A DNA stretch of 64,000 nucleotides from an uncultured Oscillospiraceae bacterium (lineage in GTDB: Bacteria > Bacillota > Clostridia > Christensenellales > Aristaeellaceae). The notes under the pieces were generated by a model. The model did no database searches, had not been told where the DNA came from, and saw nothing but the letters and a program-made list of their open reading frames with translations. The stretch's first letter is position 1, and every line of letters begins with the position of its first letter. The stretch spans positions 72,134 through 136,133 of the forward strand of contig CAZCCZ010000002.1 in NCBI GenBank assembly GCA_964497495.1, given 5' to 3'. Made by a program: the position numbers and the translations under genes. Below are positions 1 through 10,121 of this stretch, in pieces.

Positions 1-1
1 G

Positions 2-673
2 TATATCCGGGGACGGATCGGTGAAATGTATCCGGATCACGCCTTTTTCGGCGAGGAGCAGGTGTCCGGCAGCGGCATGGACGAGGACACCCTGCTGCAC
101 AGCCTGCGCGGTTACACCTGGATCGTGGACGCGCTGGACGGTACGACCAACTTCATCCGGGGCATTCCGCAGTTCGCCGTTTCCGTCGCCCTCGTCCACG
201 ACGGGGAGACGCTGGCGGGCGCGGTGTACGACCCGTCCCGCGACGAGCTGTTTTCGGCGGCGAAAGGGAAGGGAGCGACGCTCAACGGCAGGCCGATCCG
301 GGTATCGGGCGTCGGGACGCTGGAAAACGCCATCGTATCCGTCGGCTTTCCCGCCGCCGACCTGTCCAGACGGGCGCAGACCATGATGATGGTGGAGCGG
401 CTGGCGCCCCGTATCGGCAGCCTCCGCGTATATAACTGCGCGGCGCTTTTATTGTGCTACGTTGCCGCCGGGCGTACCGACCTGAGCTTCGAGCTGGGAC
501 TTCACGCGTGGGACATGGCCGCGGGCGCGCTGCTGGTGCGCGAGGCTGGCGGCGACGTATCCTATGCGAACGGGCGAACCTTCGACGTTTTCGCTACGGA
601 AAATTTCTCCGGAAACGCCGGCATACGCAACGCGGCTTTCGCCTGCCTTCGGGGCGAAACGCAGGCCCCGTGA
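2..673 (+). CDS. inositol monophosphatase family protein (N-terminus upstream of window)
   Basis: Frame is open from the window edge. WIVDALDGTTNF and HAWDMAAGALLVREAGG match the two conserved IMPase/SuhB motifs. Confidence 0.85.
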   Translation, partial: YIRGRIGEMYPDHAFFGEEQVSGSGMDEDTLLHSLRGYTWIVDALDGTTNFIRGIPQFAVSVALVHDGETLAGAVYDPSRDELFSAAKGKGATLNGRPIRVSGVGTLENAIVSVGFPAADLSRRAQTMMMVERLAPRIGSLRVYNCAALLLCYVAAGRTDLSFELGLHAWDMAAGALLVREAGGDVSYANGRTFDVFATENFSGNAGIRNAAFACLRGETQAP

Positions 674-734
674 CCCTTGCGGCGGCGGAACGCCCGTTTT
701 CCGGACGTTCCGCCGGCTTTCCATATAAAAATGA

Positions 735-1652
735 ATGGGCGGGTGGTTGATTTTGAAATTACAATTTCTGGGAACCAGCGCGGGGGAATGCTACCCCGCG
801 CTTTGGTGCGAATGCGCGTACTGCCGGTACGCGCGGGAACACGGCGGCAGGAACGTCCGCCTGAACTCCTGCGCCGTGCTGGACGACGACGTGATGATCG
901 ACATGGGCGGCACCTGTTTTTCAGCCGCGCAGACCTTCGGGGTGGATCTGGTGCACAGGGACAAGCTGTTTGTGACGCACGACCATCTGGATCATTTCTT
1001 TCCACAGCACCTGGTGTGGCGAAGTGAACCCTACCACACCGGGCAAGGCGCCCCGCTCGGCGCGGTAACGGATGTGGAGGCGTGGCGAAACGCGATGGGA
1101 CCGCGTTTTTCGCCCGTGCCTTTTCTGCATATCTACGGCCATCCCTCGATACGGAAGGCCATGGAGGCCAACCCGCGGCTGGATATAAGCACCATGGCGG
1201 AAAAGCAGCGCATGGACTTTACCCCCCTCGCGCCGGGGCAAACCGTGGAGCAGGGAAACCTGCGCGTTACGGCGGTGCTTTCCGAACACGGCACGCCGGG
1301 CACGGTGTTCAACTACGTGTTCCAACGAAACGGCAAAACGCTGCTGTACGCGCTGGACTGCGGCGGATACGGCGAGGAGTCGCTTTCGCTTCTCCGGGGT
1401 TTCCGTTACGACTGCGTCGTAATGGAAGGCACCTTCGGTGACCACGGCGTGGATTTTAATTTTCACATGAACAAACGCAAGAACCTGCGAATGCTTGATT
1501 TCTTCACCCGGAACGGGTTGTGGACGGGCAAGCCCAACCTGTGGCTTTCCCACATGGCGCCTCACTGGACGCCCCCATATGACGAATACGCGCCGGAAAT
1601 GGCGAAATACGGCGTCGGCGTGGCGTACGACGGGATGATCCTCGAGATCTGA
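735..1652 (+). CDS. MBL-fold metallo-hydrolase
   Basis: LQFLGTSAG N-terminus and THDHLDH (HxHxDH) zinc motif. Exact start is uncertain. Confidence 0.8.
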   Translation: MGGWLILKLQFLGTSAGECYPALWCECAYCRYAREHGGRNVRLNSCAVLDDDVMIDMGGTCFSAAQTFGVDLVHRDKLFVTHDHLDHFFPQHLVWRSEPYHTGQGAPLGAVTDVEAWRNAMGPRFSPVPFLHIYGHPSIRKAMEANPRLDISTMAEKQRMDFTPLAPGQTVEQGNLRVTAVLSEHGTPGTVFNYVFQRNGKTLLYALDCGGYGEESLSLLRGFRYDCVVMEGTFGDHGVDFNFHMNKRKNLRMLDFFTRNGLWTGKPNLWLSHMAPHWTPPYDEYAPEMAKYGVGVAYDGMILEI

Positions 1653-1704
1653 CCGCCGCCGCCGCGCCTGTTGATTACCGTACCGACGAGGGGAGGGAAC
1701 CGGT

Positions 1705-3408
1705 ATGTTCATGAAAGGCGGCCTGACGCGGACGCTCGCCCTGTTTCTGCTGCTCTCCGTGTTGCTGCTCCTGTTGACGACGGGCGTGTGCTACACCGTC
1801 GCCTACCGGGACGCCGAGGCGCAGGCGGCGGGCCACGCCCGCTCGCAGCTGGATGACGCGGCCAAGGCAATCTCCATGGAACTGGAGGACGTGATCGAAG
1901 GCGCGCAGATGCTGGCCAACGAGAACTCGATCTACAGCTTCATCAGGGCCGACGTCGGCGGGCGTTTTGAGCAGAAGGAACTGCTGCAGACGCTTCTGAA
2001 GAGCTTCACGGATTTCAAATCCCTGGTGGTCCGCATGTTTCTGTACACCGGGGATCGCAGCGCCCTGCTCTCCGGCGCGCAGGACGCGGACGTGTACTCG
2101 CCCCTGCTGTACTCGCTGTTTCTGCGCGTGAAGGACGATTACCGCCTCTTTACGCCTTATCAGGGTTATGTGCTGACGCAATCCTACCGGCTCGGCAGCG
2201 GACAGACGGATTTCGCGCTCCTGATTCCGGTGTACGCGCCCGTGGCGGCGCCCAGAAGCAGCGACTACCTCGGGTCTCTCGTCGCCATGTGCGACGCGGA
2301 AAGGTTCGGCGCGCTGATGCCCTACGGCGGCCAGCGAAAGATGTTGCTGTCGCTTGGCGACGGACTGGCGTACGCCAACTCCCCCTCTTTCACGCTGGAC
2401 AGCCTTGCGCAGTCCGACGTCATCTCCGCCTCCGTGCCGGGGACGCCGTGGACGCTCTACGCCGTCGCCGGGCCCGTGAACCTGAGCGGCCAGTTGGCCG
2501 GGGTGCTTACGGTCTGCGCCGTCGTCTGCGCCGTGGCGGTTCTGGCGCAGACGCTGTTGCTGCTGGCGCTCCGCCGTTCGCTGATCATGCCCATTATCCA
2601 TATCGCCGACCAGACGGACGCCATCGTGGACAACAGCCTGGAGGTGCACAACCCCAGCGGCGAACGCAACGAACTGACGCGCCTCACCAACGGCATCAAC
2701 GGTATGCTGGCCCGCATCCGCGTGCTGGACGAGCAGATGCTGAGCACCCGCCTGAAGCTGTACAAGGAACGGGTGATGTTCCTGCAGGGTCAGATGAACC
2801 CGCACTTTCTCTATAACAACCTCGCCTGCATCCGCGGTATGGCCGGCACGGGCAAAGATGCCGCCGTGCGAACCATCGCCAGCGAAATGGCGGCGATCTA
2901 CCGTTACGGCGCCCAGGGCTCGCCGGTTTCGACGCTCGGCGCGGAACTGGACTGCGTGAAACGGTACGGGGCGATCTACCGTCTGCGCCGGGAGGACGAA
3001 CAGCGCGTTCTGGACATCCACGCGGAGGAAAGCGCGCTTGGCCTGGCGACGCCGCGTATGTTTCTACAGCCGCTGGTGGAAAACGCCTTCCGGCACGGGT
3101 ACGCCGACGCGGCCGAGGGAACGGTGCGCATTTTCGCGGCTGCGGACAACGGCACGCTGACCGTGCGCGTGGTCGACCACGGCGCAGGCATGCCGTCGGA
3201 CAGGCTGGAAAGCCTGAACCGCACCGAGCCGGACGACGACAAAGCGATGACCGGGCACCTGGGTCTGATGAACGTATGGCGCAGGGTGCAGATCATTTTC
3301 GGGCCGGAGGGCGGCATGCGCTTCGAGCAAACCCCCGGCGGCGGCCTGACGGTCGTCGTTTCGATGCCGCAGGGAGATGTAGAAAACGGAATATTTAAGG
3401 ACATATGA
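1705..3408 (+). CDS. sensor histidine kinase, YesM-like
   Basis: N-terminal TM segment, second TM plus HAMP-like linker, LQGQMNPHFLYNNL phospho-acceptor box, and ATPase blocks VENAFRHG, VVDHGAGMP and HLGLMNV. SD GAGGGGAGGGA lies upstream of the ATG. Confidence 0.88.
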   Translation: MFMKGGLTRTLALFLLLSVLLLLLTTGVCYTVAYRDAEAQAAGHARSQLDDAAKAISMELEDVIEGAQMLANENSIYSFIRADVGGRFEQKELLQTLLKSFTDFKSLVVRMFLYTGDRSALLSGAQDADVYSPLLYSLFLRVKDDYRLFTPYQGYVLTQSYRLGSGQTDFALLIPVYAPVAAPRSSDYLGSLVAMCDAERFGALMPYGGQRKMLLSLGDGLAYANSPSFTLDSLAQSDVISASVPGTPWTLYAVAGPVNLSGQLAGVLTVCAVVCAVAVLAQTLLLLALRRSLIMPIIHIADQTDAIVDNSLEVHNPSGERNELTRLTNGINGMLARIRVLDEQMLSTRLKLYKERVMFLQGQMNPHFLYNNLACIRGMAGTGKDAAVRTIASEMAAIYRYGAQGSPVSTLGAELDCVKRYGAIYRLRREDEQRVLDIHAEESALGLATPRMFLQPLVENAFRHGYADAAEGTVRIFAAADNGTLTVRVVDHGAGMPSDRLESLNRTEPDDDKAMTGHLGLMNVWRRVQIIFGPEGGMRFEQTPGGGLTVVVSMPQGDVENGIFKDI

Positions 3409-3512
3409 AATATGAACAACTTTTCCCAACCACAGCAAATGCACCGAAAACGTTTTTCTGGTACGCTTACCCAGAACCGGCCGGAAAGGTACGTTTTCTG
3501 AGGGGGTAGGGC

Positions 3513-4433
3513 ATGAGGGAGCGGAGGAACGGGTTGACCCGCCGCCTGTGGGACGCGCGCTATATTTATCTGCTGCTGATACCGGGCATTCTGTATTTCG
3601 CTATTTTTCATTACGGGCCGATGGGCGGGCTGATACTGGCGTTTAAGAAGTTCAGCGCGAGGCTGGGCATCTGGGGCAGCCCCTGGATCGGGCTGGACAA
3701 TTTCAGGCGCATTTTTTCGACGCCCGCGGCGCTTCTGGCAATCCGCAACACCTTCGTGATCAACCTGTCCCGGCTGGCGATCGAGTTTCCCGCACCCATC
3801 CTGCTGGCCCTGCTGGTCAACGAGATGCGTGGCACACGGCTTAAACGGCTTTACCAGACGGCGTACACGTTCCCGCACTTCCTTTCCTGGGTGGTCGTGG
3901 CTACGATTTTAACGAATTTCCTGAGTAACGGCGGCGCCGTGAACACCGTGCTGGTGCAGCTGGGCGGCGAGCGCACCAACTTTCTGGCCAACGAAGCCAT
4001 TTTCCGGCCGCTGCTGTACGCCACCCATATCTGGAAGGAAATGGGCTGGAACGCGATCATCTATATGGCCGCCATCGCCGGGATCGACCCTTCGCTGTAC
4101 GAGGCCGCGACCGTGGACGGCGCCAGCCGGCTGCGGCAGGCGTGGCACATTTCCCTGCCGGGCATCCGCCCGACCATCGTCGTCCTTTTCATCCTTACCG
4201 TGGGGCGGCTGATGAACGCCGGATTCGAGCAGATCTTCTACCTGCAGAACGCGGCCGTCAAACAGGTGTCGGACATCCTGGATACTTATATTTACGACAT
4301 TACCTTCAAGGCCACGCCCAGCTACGGCTTCTCCACCGCCGTGGGTATGTTCAAGTCGGTCGTGAACCTGGTGCTGCTGCTGATCGCCAACAAGCTGGTG
4401 AAAACCGTCAGCGGAAGCGGCCTGCTGAACTGA
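3513..4433 (+). CDS. CUT1 sugar ABC transporter permease (LplB/MalF-like)
   Basis: Multi-TM protein with EAA-type loop YEAATVDGASRLRQAWHISLPGIRP. Confidence 0.88.
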   Translation: MRERRNGLTRRLWDARYIYLLLIPGILYFAIFHYGPMGGLILAFKKFSARLGIWGSPWIGLDNFRRIFSTPAALLAIRNTFVINLSRLAIEFPAPILLALLVNEMRGTRLKRLYQTAYTFPHFLSWVVVATILTNFLSNGGAVNTVLVQLGGERTNFLANEAIFRPLLYATHIWKEMGWNAIIYMAAIAGIDPSLYEAATVDGASRLRQAWHISLPGIRPTIVVLFILTVGRLMNAGFEQIFYLQNAAVKQVSDILDTYIYDITFKATPSYGFSTAVGMFKSVVNLVLLLIANKLVKTVSGSGLLN

Positions 4434-4449
4434 AAGGGGGAAAGCCCGC

Positions 4450-5349
4450 GTGACTTCTTCGCAGACCCCGGTAACGGTTCGCCGGAAAAAGAAAAGGCTG
4501 ACCGTCGGCGACGTGTTCATCTTCGTGATCCTGACGGTGGTCGTGCTCCTGATCCTCGTTCCGTTTTATAACGCCGTCGTGATTTCGTTTGAAACGAGCC
4601 GCGCCTATTCCCTGCATCCGGTGTCGATGCTGCCCGCGGAATGGTCGCTGGCCAACTACGGCTACCTGCTGGAAAACGGGCAGATATGGGTTGGCTACCG
4701 GAACACGATTTTTATCACCGCAATCGGAACGGCTTACGGCATGACGATTTCGGTGATGACGGCCTACGCGTTTTCCCGCCCGTCCTTTCCGGGAAAGAAG
4801 CTGCTGTTCCTGCTGATGATGTTCACCATGCTGTTTTCCGGCGGCATGGTGCCCACATACCTGCAACTGAAAACGCTCGGGCTGGTGGACAACCGCTTTT
4901 CCGTCATCCTGCTGTTGGGCGTATCCACCTACAACATCATCATTCTAAAAAGCGGCTTCGAGCAGACGCCGCCCTCCCTGTCGGAAGCCGCGAAGATCGA
5001 CGGAGCCAACGAATTGGTGATTTTCTTCCGCGTCATGTTGCCGCTGCAAAGCGCGCTGCTGGCCACGTTCACCCTGTTTACCGCGGTGGCGTACTGGAAC
5101 GAGTGGTTCTGGTCCATGCTGATGATCAACACCTCCGGAAAGATGACGTTGCAGACGGTGCTGCGCTCCATCGTGTCCGAGGCGTCCGCGGACGCGGACA
5201 TCGCCAGCGGCGAGGCCGGGCTGGACGTGTTTTCCCAGGGCGTGAAGATGGCCTCCGTTTTCATGGTCATGGCGCCGATTATGTGCTTCTACCCCTTCTT
5301 GCAGAAATATTTCGTCAAGGGCGTCATGGTGGGCGCGGTCAAAATGTAG
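4450..5349 (+). CDS. CUT1 sugar ABC transporter permease (LplC/MalG-like)
   Basis: EAA loop SEAAKIDGANELVIFFRVMLP. GTG start follows an AAGGGGGAAAG SD. Confidence 0.88.
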   Translation: MTSSQTPVTVRRKKKRLTVGDVFIFVILTVVVLLILVPFYNAVVISFETSRAYSLHPVSMLPAEWSLANYGYLLENGQIWVGYRNTIFITAIGTAYGMTISVMTAYAFSRPSFPGKKLLFLLMMFTMLFSGGMVPTYLQLKTLGLVDNRFSVILLLGVSTYNIIILKSGFEQTPPSLSEAAKIDGANELVIFFRVMLPLQSALLATFTLFTAVAYWNEWFWSMLMINTSGKMTLQTVLRSIVSEASADADIASGEAGLDVFSQGVKMASVFMVMAPIMCFYPFLQKYFVKGVMVGAVKM

Positions 5350-5399
5350 GTTGCAGCCGGGAACAGGCTGTGATGATCATCAGAAAGGAAGGGTTTACG

Positions 5400-6935
5400 A
5401 TGAAACGGTTACTGGGCGTACTCCTGTGCGTGTGTCTGCTGGCATCCGGCGCTGCGGCGCTGGCGGAGGATGGGGGGCACGTGAGCTTCACCATCAATTC
5501 TACCCATTCCAACGCGACGATGGACTACAACAACGACGGTCTGTACAAACTCATCAGCCAGAAGTTCAATTTCGACTACGAGGTGTGGCCGGTTTCCAAA
5601 GACAGCCAGGCGGAGAAATTCCGCATCTGGGTCAACGGCGGCACCATGCCCGACTGCGTGACGCTGAGGGACTTCAAGTATCAGGAGTATGCGACTTACG
5701 CGGACCAGGGCCTGCTGGCGCCGCTTCCCACCGGCTGGGAAGAGACGTACCCTAACCTGTATAAGATGGTCGTGGACAGCGGCATGTACGATAAAATGCT
5801 GCTGGACGGGCAGATGTACGCCATACCGCACGCCATCTTCTCTAACTTCGCCCATATGGATAAGGTGGTCAATCACCTGTCCGTGTACTACCGTAAAGAC
5901 TGGGTGCAAAAGCTGGGGCTGGAGCCGTTCGGCACCGTGATCACCCTTTCCCAGCTGGCCGATTATCTGCACAAGGCGATCGACGCCGACCTGGCCGGGA
6001 ACGGCAACACCATCGGGCTTAGCGAAGACAACGATTATACCGCGCGGTTCTTCACGCTGTTCAGCGACGTGAGCTACAACACCTTCCTGCGCGACGGCGA
6101 CCAGTACGTATGGGGCGCGGCGCAGCCCGGCGTGGTCGATTCCCTGAAGCTGGCTTCCAAGTGGTACCACGAAGGCATTCTGGATCCCGACTTCTACCTG
6201 ATGGCTTCCGCCGACGCGGTGAACAAGTTTACCTCCGGCATCGCCGCCGCCATGTACCACAACTGCGCCATCAGTTCCTACGAAGGCTACCGCGTATCTT
6301 TCCGGGAAGCCACGGGGCTTGACCCCGCGGAGTGCATCGGCGCGGCCGCCATCGCCGACGACAGCGGCGTGGTGCGCGCCATCGAAACCGCCAACTACTG
6401 GTCGGCTACGTTCTTCAGCCCCACCATCAAGCCGGAAGTGATGGACCGCATTTTGCAAATGATGGACTGGATGTGCACGACCGAAGGCCAGCTGACCGTG
6501 ATGATGGGCGTGCCCGGCGAAACCTGGGAACAGGAAGCCGACGGCAGCGTGAAGCTCCTTGTGAAGCCGGACGCGGACGGAAAGACCCCGAGCACCGCGG
6601 AACTGTATAACAGCTTCAGCGTCTTCCGCAGCCTGGGTATTCTGGCGGACGATTACAGCTTCATCAACCCCACCAACGACCCGCAGGTGGTAAGCGACGT
6701 CAAGGCGATTTACGCCGCCAAGCAGAAAGGCTCGATCATCCCGCTGGACTTCGATTACGAAACCTTCGCCAGCGACGCGAAAGCCAACTACTCCATGAAA
6801 CTGGAAGACGAGTTCTCCCGCGTGCTGATCATGCCGGAAACCGACGTGGAAGCCGCCTGGAACACGATGGTGGAATCCAACAAGGGCATCTGGCAGCCCG
6901 TTGTGGACGACCTGAACGCCGCGTTCTGCAAGTAA
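5400..6935 (+). CDS. extracellular solute-binding protein (LplA-like, ~510 aa)
   Basis: The long ORF 4641..6935 only makes sense from ATG 5400, which has SD AAAGGAAGGG followed by signal peptide MKRLLGVLLCVCLLASGAAALA. The upstream part overlaps the permease in another frame. Confidence 0.85.
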   Translation: MKRLLGVLLCVCLLASGAAALAEDGGHVSFTINSTHSNATMDYNNDGLYKLISQKFNFDYEVWPVSKDSQAEKFRIWVNGGTMPDCVTLRDFKYQEYATYADQGLLAPLPTGWEETYPNLYKMVVDSGMYDKMLLDGQMYAIPHAIFSNFAHMDKVVNHLSVYYRKDWVQKLGLEPFGTVITLSQLADYLHKAIDADLAGNGNTIGLSEDNDYTARFFTLFSDVSYNTFLRDGDQYVWGAAQPGVVDSLKLASKWYHEGILDPDFYLMASADAVNKFTSGIAAAMYHNCAISSYEGYRVSFREATGLDPAECIGAAAIADDSGVVRAIETANYWSATFFSPTIKPEVMDRILQMMDWMCTTEGQLTVMMGVPGETWEQEADGSVKLLVKPDADGKTPSTAELYNSFSVFRSLGILADDYSFINPTNDPQVVSDVKAIYAAKQKGSIIPLDFDYETFASDAKANYSMKLEDEFSRVLIMPETDVEAAWNTMVESNKGIWQPVVDDLNAAFCK

Positions 6936-6952
6936 CGGCGGCCTGTGAACGG

Positions 6953-6988
6953 GCAGGGAGCAACGCCCCGCCGGGCGTTGCTCCCTGC
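6953..6988 (+). terminator. 16-bp perfect stem-loop after the SBP gene (no clear U-tract)
   Basis: GCAGGGAGCAACGCCC-cgcc-GGGCGTTGCTCCCTGC, 18 nt after the stop codon. Confidence 0.45.
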
Positions 6989-7033
6989 GTACACCCCGCG
7001 CGGACCCATGCAAAACCGGGAGGTGGCTAGGAA

Positions 7034-7795
7034 GTGTATCGGGTGATCATCGTGGACGACGATCCGTGGTCGCGCGAAGATATAAAGGCCAGCTTCGCCT
7101 TCGAGCAGCAGGGCTTCGAGGTGATCGGGGAATACGGCGACGCGGACAGCGGCCTTGCCGCGATCCTGCGAACGTCTCCCGATCTGGTGGTATCCGACAT
7201 CCGGATGGGGGCGAACAGCGGGCTGGATATGCTGCGTCGCCTCCGGGAGAACCGTGTTTCGTCGCTGTTCGTGCTGGTCAGCGGTTACGACGATTTTTCG
7301 TACGTGCAGGAGGCGTTCCGGTACCAGGCGTTCTACTACCTGCTGAAACCCCTGGACGACGAGAAGCCGCGCCAACTGCTCTTGCGCATCCGGGGGGAAC
7401 TTGCGCAGCGCGGCGCGGCGGGCGACAGGGCGCACGGGGAGGACACCTTCGGGCGCGCGCTGCAATACGTGGACGATCATCTGGAGGAGAACTTTTCTTT
7501 GGAGGAAATGGCGAACGCGCTCTACCTGAACAAGCACTATCTGTCCGACCTGTTCACGAAAAAGCTCGGACAGACCTTTACGCAGTATAAGAACGCCCAA
7601 CGCGTGGATATGGCGGCGCAGATGATACGAAACGGCGATCTGCGGATGCTGGACGTGGCGGAGCGGGCCGGATTCGACAGCGCGAGCCACTTCTGCAAAG
7701 TTTTCAAACGGGTGCTGGGCGTTACGCCGTACCAGTATAAAAGCTCCAGCAGGGGGACCTGCGCGGCGTGCGGGGGAAAGGAAGCGCGGGGCTGA
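7034..7795 (+). CDS. response regulator with AraC-type HTH (YesN-like)
   Basis: Receiver domain (VIIVDDD, LVVSDIRM, LLKP) plus C-terminal AraC HTH (AERAGFDSASHFCKVFKRVLGVTPYQY). GTG start. Confidence 0.9.
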   Translation: MYRVIIVDDDPWSREDIKASFAFEQQGFEVIGEYGDADSGLAAILRTSPDLVVSDIRMGANSGLDMLRRLRENRVSSLFVLVSGYDDFSYVQEAFRYQAFYYLLKPLDDEKPRQLLLRIRGELAQRGAAGDRAHGEDTFGRALQYVDDHLEENFSLEEMANALYLNKHYLSDLFTKKLGQTFTQYKNAQRVDMAAQMIRNGDLRMLDVAERAGFDSASHFCKVFKRVLGVTPYQYKSSSRGTCAACGGKEARG

Positions 7796-7954
7796 ACCCG
7801 TTCACGCAACTGAACGCGCGCGTCCTCCCGCCCCGGCGAAACCTTCCTGCGGCTTCACGGCCGCGACAGCGAACACGGGCCCGCGGAGGTTATCCGGCGC
7901 TTCCGCGCCGGACGCCGAACCGCGCGATTTTCGGACAGGAACAGATGAAACCGA

Positions 7955-8632
7955 ATGGATACGATACGAACGTTGACCTTTTGGGCCGTGGCCGTCCGTT
8001 CCATGCTGGCCATGATGCTGGGCGGCCTCATCGGAACGGAAAGAGGGATGAAAAACCGGCCGGCGGGCATGAGAACCTATATGCTGGTCAGCCTGGGCGC
8101 GTGCCTGGTGATGATGACCAACCAGTACGTCTTTCAGACGTTCGGCACCGGCGACCCCACGCGGCTGGCGGCGCAGGTGGTCAGCGGCATCGGTTTTTTG
8201 GGCGCGGGAACGATCATCGTCACGAACCGCTACCAGATCAAGGGCCTCACGACCGCCGCGGGCCTTTGGACCTCCGCGGGAATCGGGCTGGCCGTCGGCA
8301 TCGGATTTTACGAGGCGGCCGTTTTAAGCGCCGTTCTCGTGTACGTGATTTTGTCCGCCCTGCACGAACTGGACGACCGTATGCGAAGGCGGACCAGCCT
8401 TCTGGAAGTGTATATGGAGCTGGCTTCGCAGGTGCCGCTGGGCCGTTTTATCCGCTTTGCCAGAGAAAAGAACATCTGCATCAGCAACCTGCAGGTGGAG
8501 GCCGAAGCCGCGCCGGGGGAAGACCGCGTGGCGTTCGTGGTGACGCTTAAAAGCATGAACAGGCAGAACCACGACGATATTCTCAGAACGATCAGGGCGA
8601 TGGACGGCCTGGCCTATATCGAGGAACTGTAA
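7955..8632 (+). CDS. MgtC/SapB family membrane protein
   Basis: MLGGLIGTERGMKNRPAGMRTYMLVSLGACLVMM and SGIGFLGAGTII blocks are typical of MgtC. Confidence 0.85.
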   Translation: MDTIRTLTFWAVAVRSMLAMMLGGLIGTERGMKNRPAGMRTYMLVSLGACLVMMTNQYVFQTFGTGDPTRLAAQVVSGIGFLGAGTIIVTNRYQIKGLTTAAGLWTSAGIGLAVGIGFYEAAVLSAVLVYVILSALHELDDRMRRRTSLLEVYMELASQVPLGRFIRFAREKNICISNLQVEAEAAPGEDRVAFVVTLKSMNRQNHDDILRTIRAMDGLAYIEEL

Positions 8633-8671
8633 CGGCGAAGAAGAGGCCGCCCGGAATCTCCCGGTATAAAA

Positions 8672-8714
8672 ACGAGGCCCGGCCCGCGCGTGAATCGCGC
8701 GGGCCGGGCCTCGT
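8672..8714. terminator. bidirectional terminator between mgtC-like and rbsK
   Basis: Perfect 19-bp stem ACGAGGCCCGGCCCGCGCG-tgaat-CGCGCGGGCCGGGCCTCGT, with an A-run on the plus strand (U-run for the minus-strand rbs operon). Confidence 0.7.
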
Positions 8715-8770
8715 ATATTCAAAGAACGCGCCGCTCTCCTCGCGGGGACGTTAAAGCTTGCGGCGCCGGT

Positions 8771-9655
8771 TTACAGCGAGGGGTCGACTTCCGCCCGCGT
8801 GGGGATGGAGTCCGCCGCGCCGCGCCGCGCGACCGTAATCGCGCCCGCCCGGTTGGCCAGTTCCAGCGCACGCGGCGCGCCGAGACCGTTCAAGACGCCC
8901 ATCAGATAGTACCCGGTGAACGTGTCGCCCGCGGCCGTGGTATCCACCGGAACCGTCGGCAACGCCGGAACCCGGAAGAACCCTTCCGCCCCCGCGTACA
9001 GGCAGCCCTGCGCCCCCAGCGTGAGGACGACGTCGGTATCGGGAAATTCCCGCCGCAACGCGCGCGCTATGGATTCGTATTCCGTTTCGCCGCTCAGGGC
9101 CGCGCCTTCCAGCTCGTTGACGAAAAGCCAGCTTACGAGGGAAAGGGGATACCCCTTTACCGCCTCGGTGCAGGGCGCGGCGTTGAAAGCCACGCGCAGG
9201 CCCTTTCGGGAAGCCTTTTCGATGATTTCCGGGACCAGGTTGGTTTCGTTCTGCAGCACGGCCACGTCGCCTTCGCCGAAACGGGAGAGCACCTCGTCCA
9301 CGTACCGTGCGCTCAGCATGGCGTTTGTGCCGGGATAGAGCAGGATGCAGTTCTGCCCCCGGTCGTTCACCTGGATCACGGTGTGGCCGTTGCTTTCGGG
9401 AAGCTCGCGCACGAAGTCCGTCTTTACGTCGTAGGAAGCCAGCGTTTCTTTTAAAAAGCGCCCTTCCGCGCCGATCATGCCTGCGTGGTAGACCGTCAGC
9501 CCGGCTTTGGCGCAGGCGACGGACTGGTTCAACCCCTTGCCGCCGCTGAAAACGCTGCGGCTCAGCGCCGCTTTGGTCTCGCCGGGACGCAGAAATTCGT
9601 CCACCCGGTACACGTAGTCGATGTTCAGGGAGCCGAAATTGACGATCTTCATCAT
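8771..9655 (-). CDS. rbsK: ribokinase
   Basis: PfkB-family blocks FGSLNIDYV, GGKGLNQSVA and DTTAAGDTFTG. Last gene of the rbs operon. Confidence 0.9.
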   Translation of the reverse strand: MMKIVNFGSLNIDYVYRVDEFLRPGETKAALSRSVFSGGKGLNQSVACAKAGLTVYHAGMIGAEGRFLKETLASYDVKTDFVRELPESNGHTVIQVNDRGQNCILLYPGTNAMLSARYVDEVLSRFGEGDVAVLQNETNLVPEIIEKASRKGLRVAFNAAPCTEAVKGYPLSLVSWLFVNELEGAALSGETEYESIARALRREFPDTDVVLTLGAQGCLYAGAEGFFRVPALPTVPVDTTAAGDTFTGYYLMGVLNGLGAPRALELANRAGAITVARRGAADSIPTRAEVDPSL

Positions 9656-9682
9656 GCGCAGTTCAAACCTCGTTCCGTTTGC

Positions 9683-10078
9683 TTAGAATGTGACGCCGGA
9701 CACCAGAACCACGTTGGCGTAGGAGGTGCACTCCCCCGTGCGGACGACCGCTTTGGAACGTTCCGAAAGCTTCTTCAATTCCTCGTGGGAAATGTACTCC
9801 ACCGCGACCCGGCCGCCCAGCCGCGCCAGGATCTCGCGGTGCATCTCCGGCGAGACCGTGCGAATCTCCTCGGCCAGAACCGCCTTTTCCACATACAGTT
9901 CCGAAAGCACCGCGTCCAGCGTTTCCAGAAACCCCGGCACGCCCCGCGTCAGCGCCAGGTCGATGCGCTTCGCGCCCGCGATGGGCAGCCCGCAGTCTCC
10001 CACGGTCAGCATATCCGTATGGCCCATCTGCGCGACGACCGCCGATACTTCTGCATTGATCAGTACGCCCTTTTTCAT
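9683..10078 (-). CDS. rbsD: D-ribose pyranase
   Basis: 131 aa. MKKGVLINAEVSAVVAQMGHTDMLTVGDCGLPI matches the RbsD N-terminus. Confidence 0.9.
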   Translation of the reverse strand: MKKGVLINAEVSAVVAQMGHTDMLTVGDCGLPIAGAKRIDLALTRGVPGFLETLDAVLSELYVEKAVLAEEIRTVSPEMHREILARLGGRVAVEYISHEELKKLSERSKAVVRTGECTSYANVVLVSGVTF

Positions 10079-10121
10079 TCGTAACCCTTCTTTATTTTCA
10101 CATTACCGGGCGAAAAGCGCC

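Noticed and set aside
1675-3021. Long antisense or alternative-frame ORFs throughout the GC-rich DNA. Examples are 1675..3021(-), 5409..7013(-), 13800..15371(+), 19911..21320(+), 24443..26284(-), 26828..28252(-), 38762..40309(+), 41411..42895(-), 42346..44073(+), 49837..51807(+), 53964..56024(+) and 59507..60706(-).
   Set aside because: They overlap well-supported CDSs that have clear family motifs. Their translations are Arg/Ala/Gly/Pro/His-rich with no recognisable motifs, as expected for open frames arising by chance in ~two-thirds-GC DNA.
4641-5399. N-terminal 253 codons of the 764-aa ORF 4641..6935.
   Set aside because: This part overlaps the permease gene in another frame and is Arg/Gly-rich. 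A proper SD plus signal peptide begins at ATG 5400. The same logic was used to trim the ORFs at 10122..11387, 20016..21395, 26813..28399, 30862..31992, 48674..49624, 55885..57042, 56882..58513 and 60226..61692.
7796-7954. Possible Mg2+ (M-box) riboswitch upstream of the MgtC-family gene.
   Set aside because: The 160-nt gap shows no M-box-like conserved segments or terminator that I can recognise. An Rfam scan would be needed to settle it.
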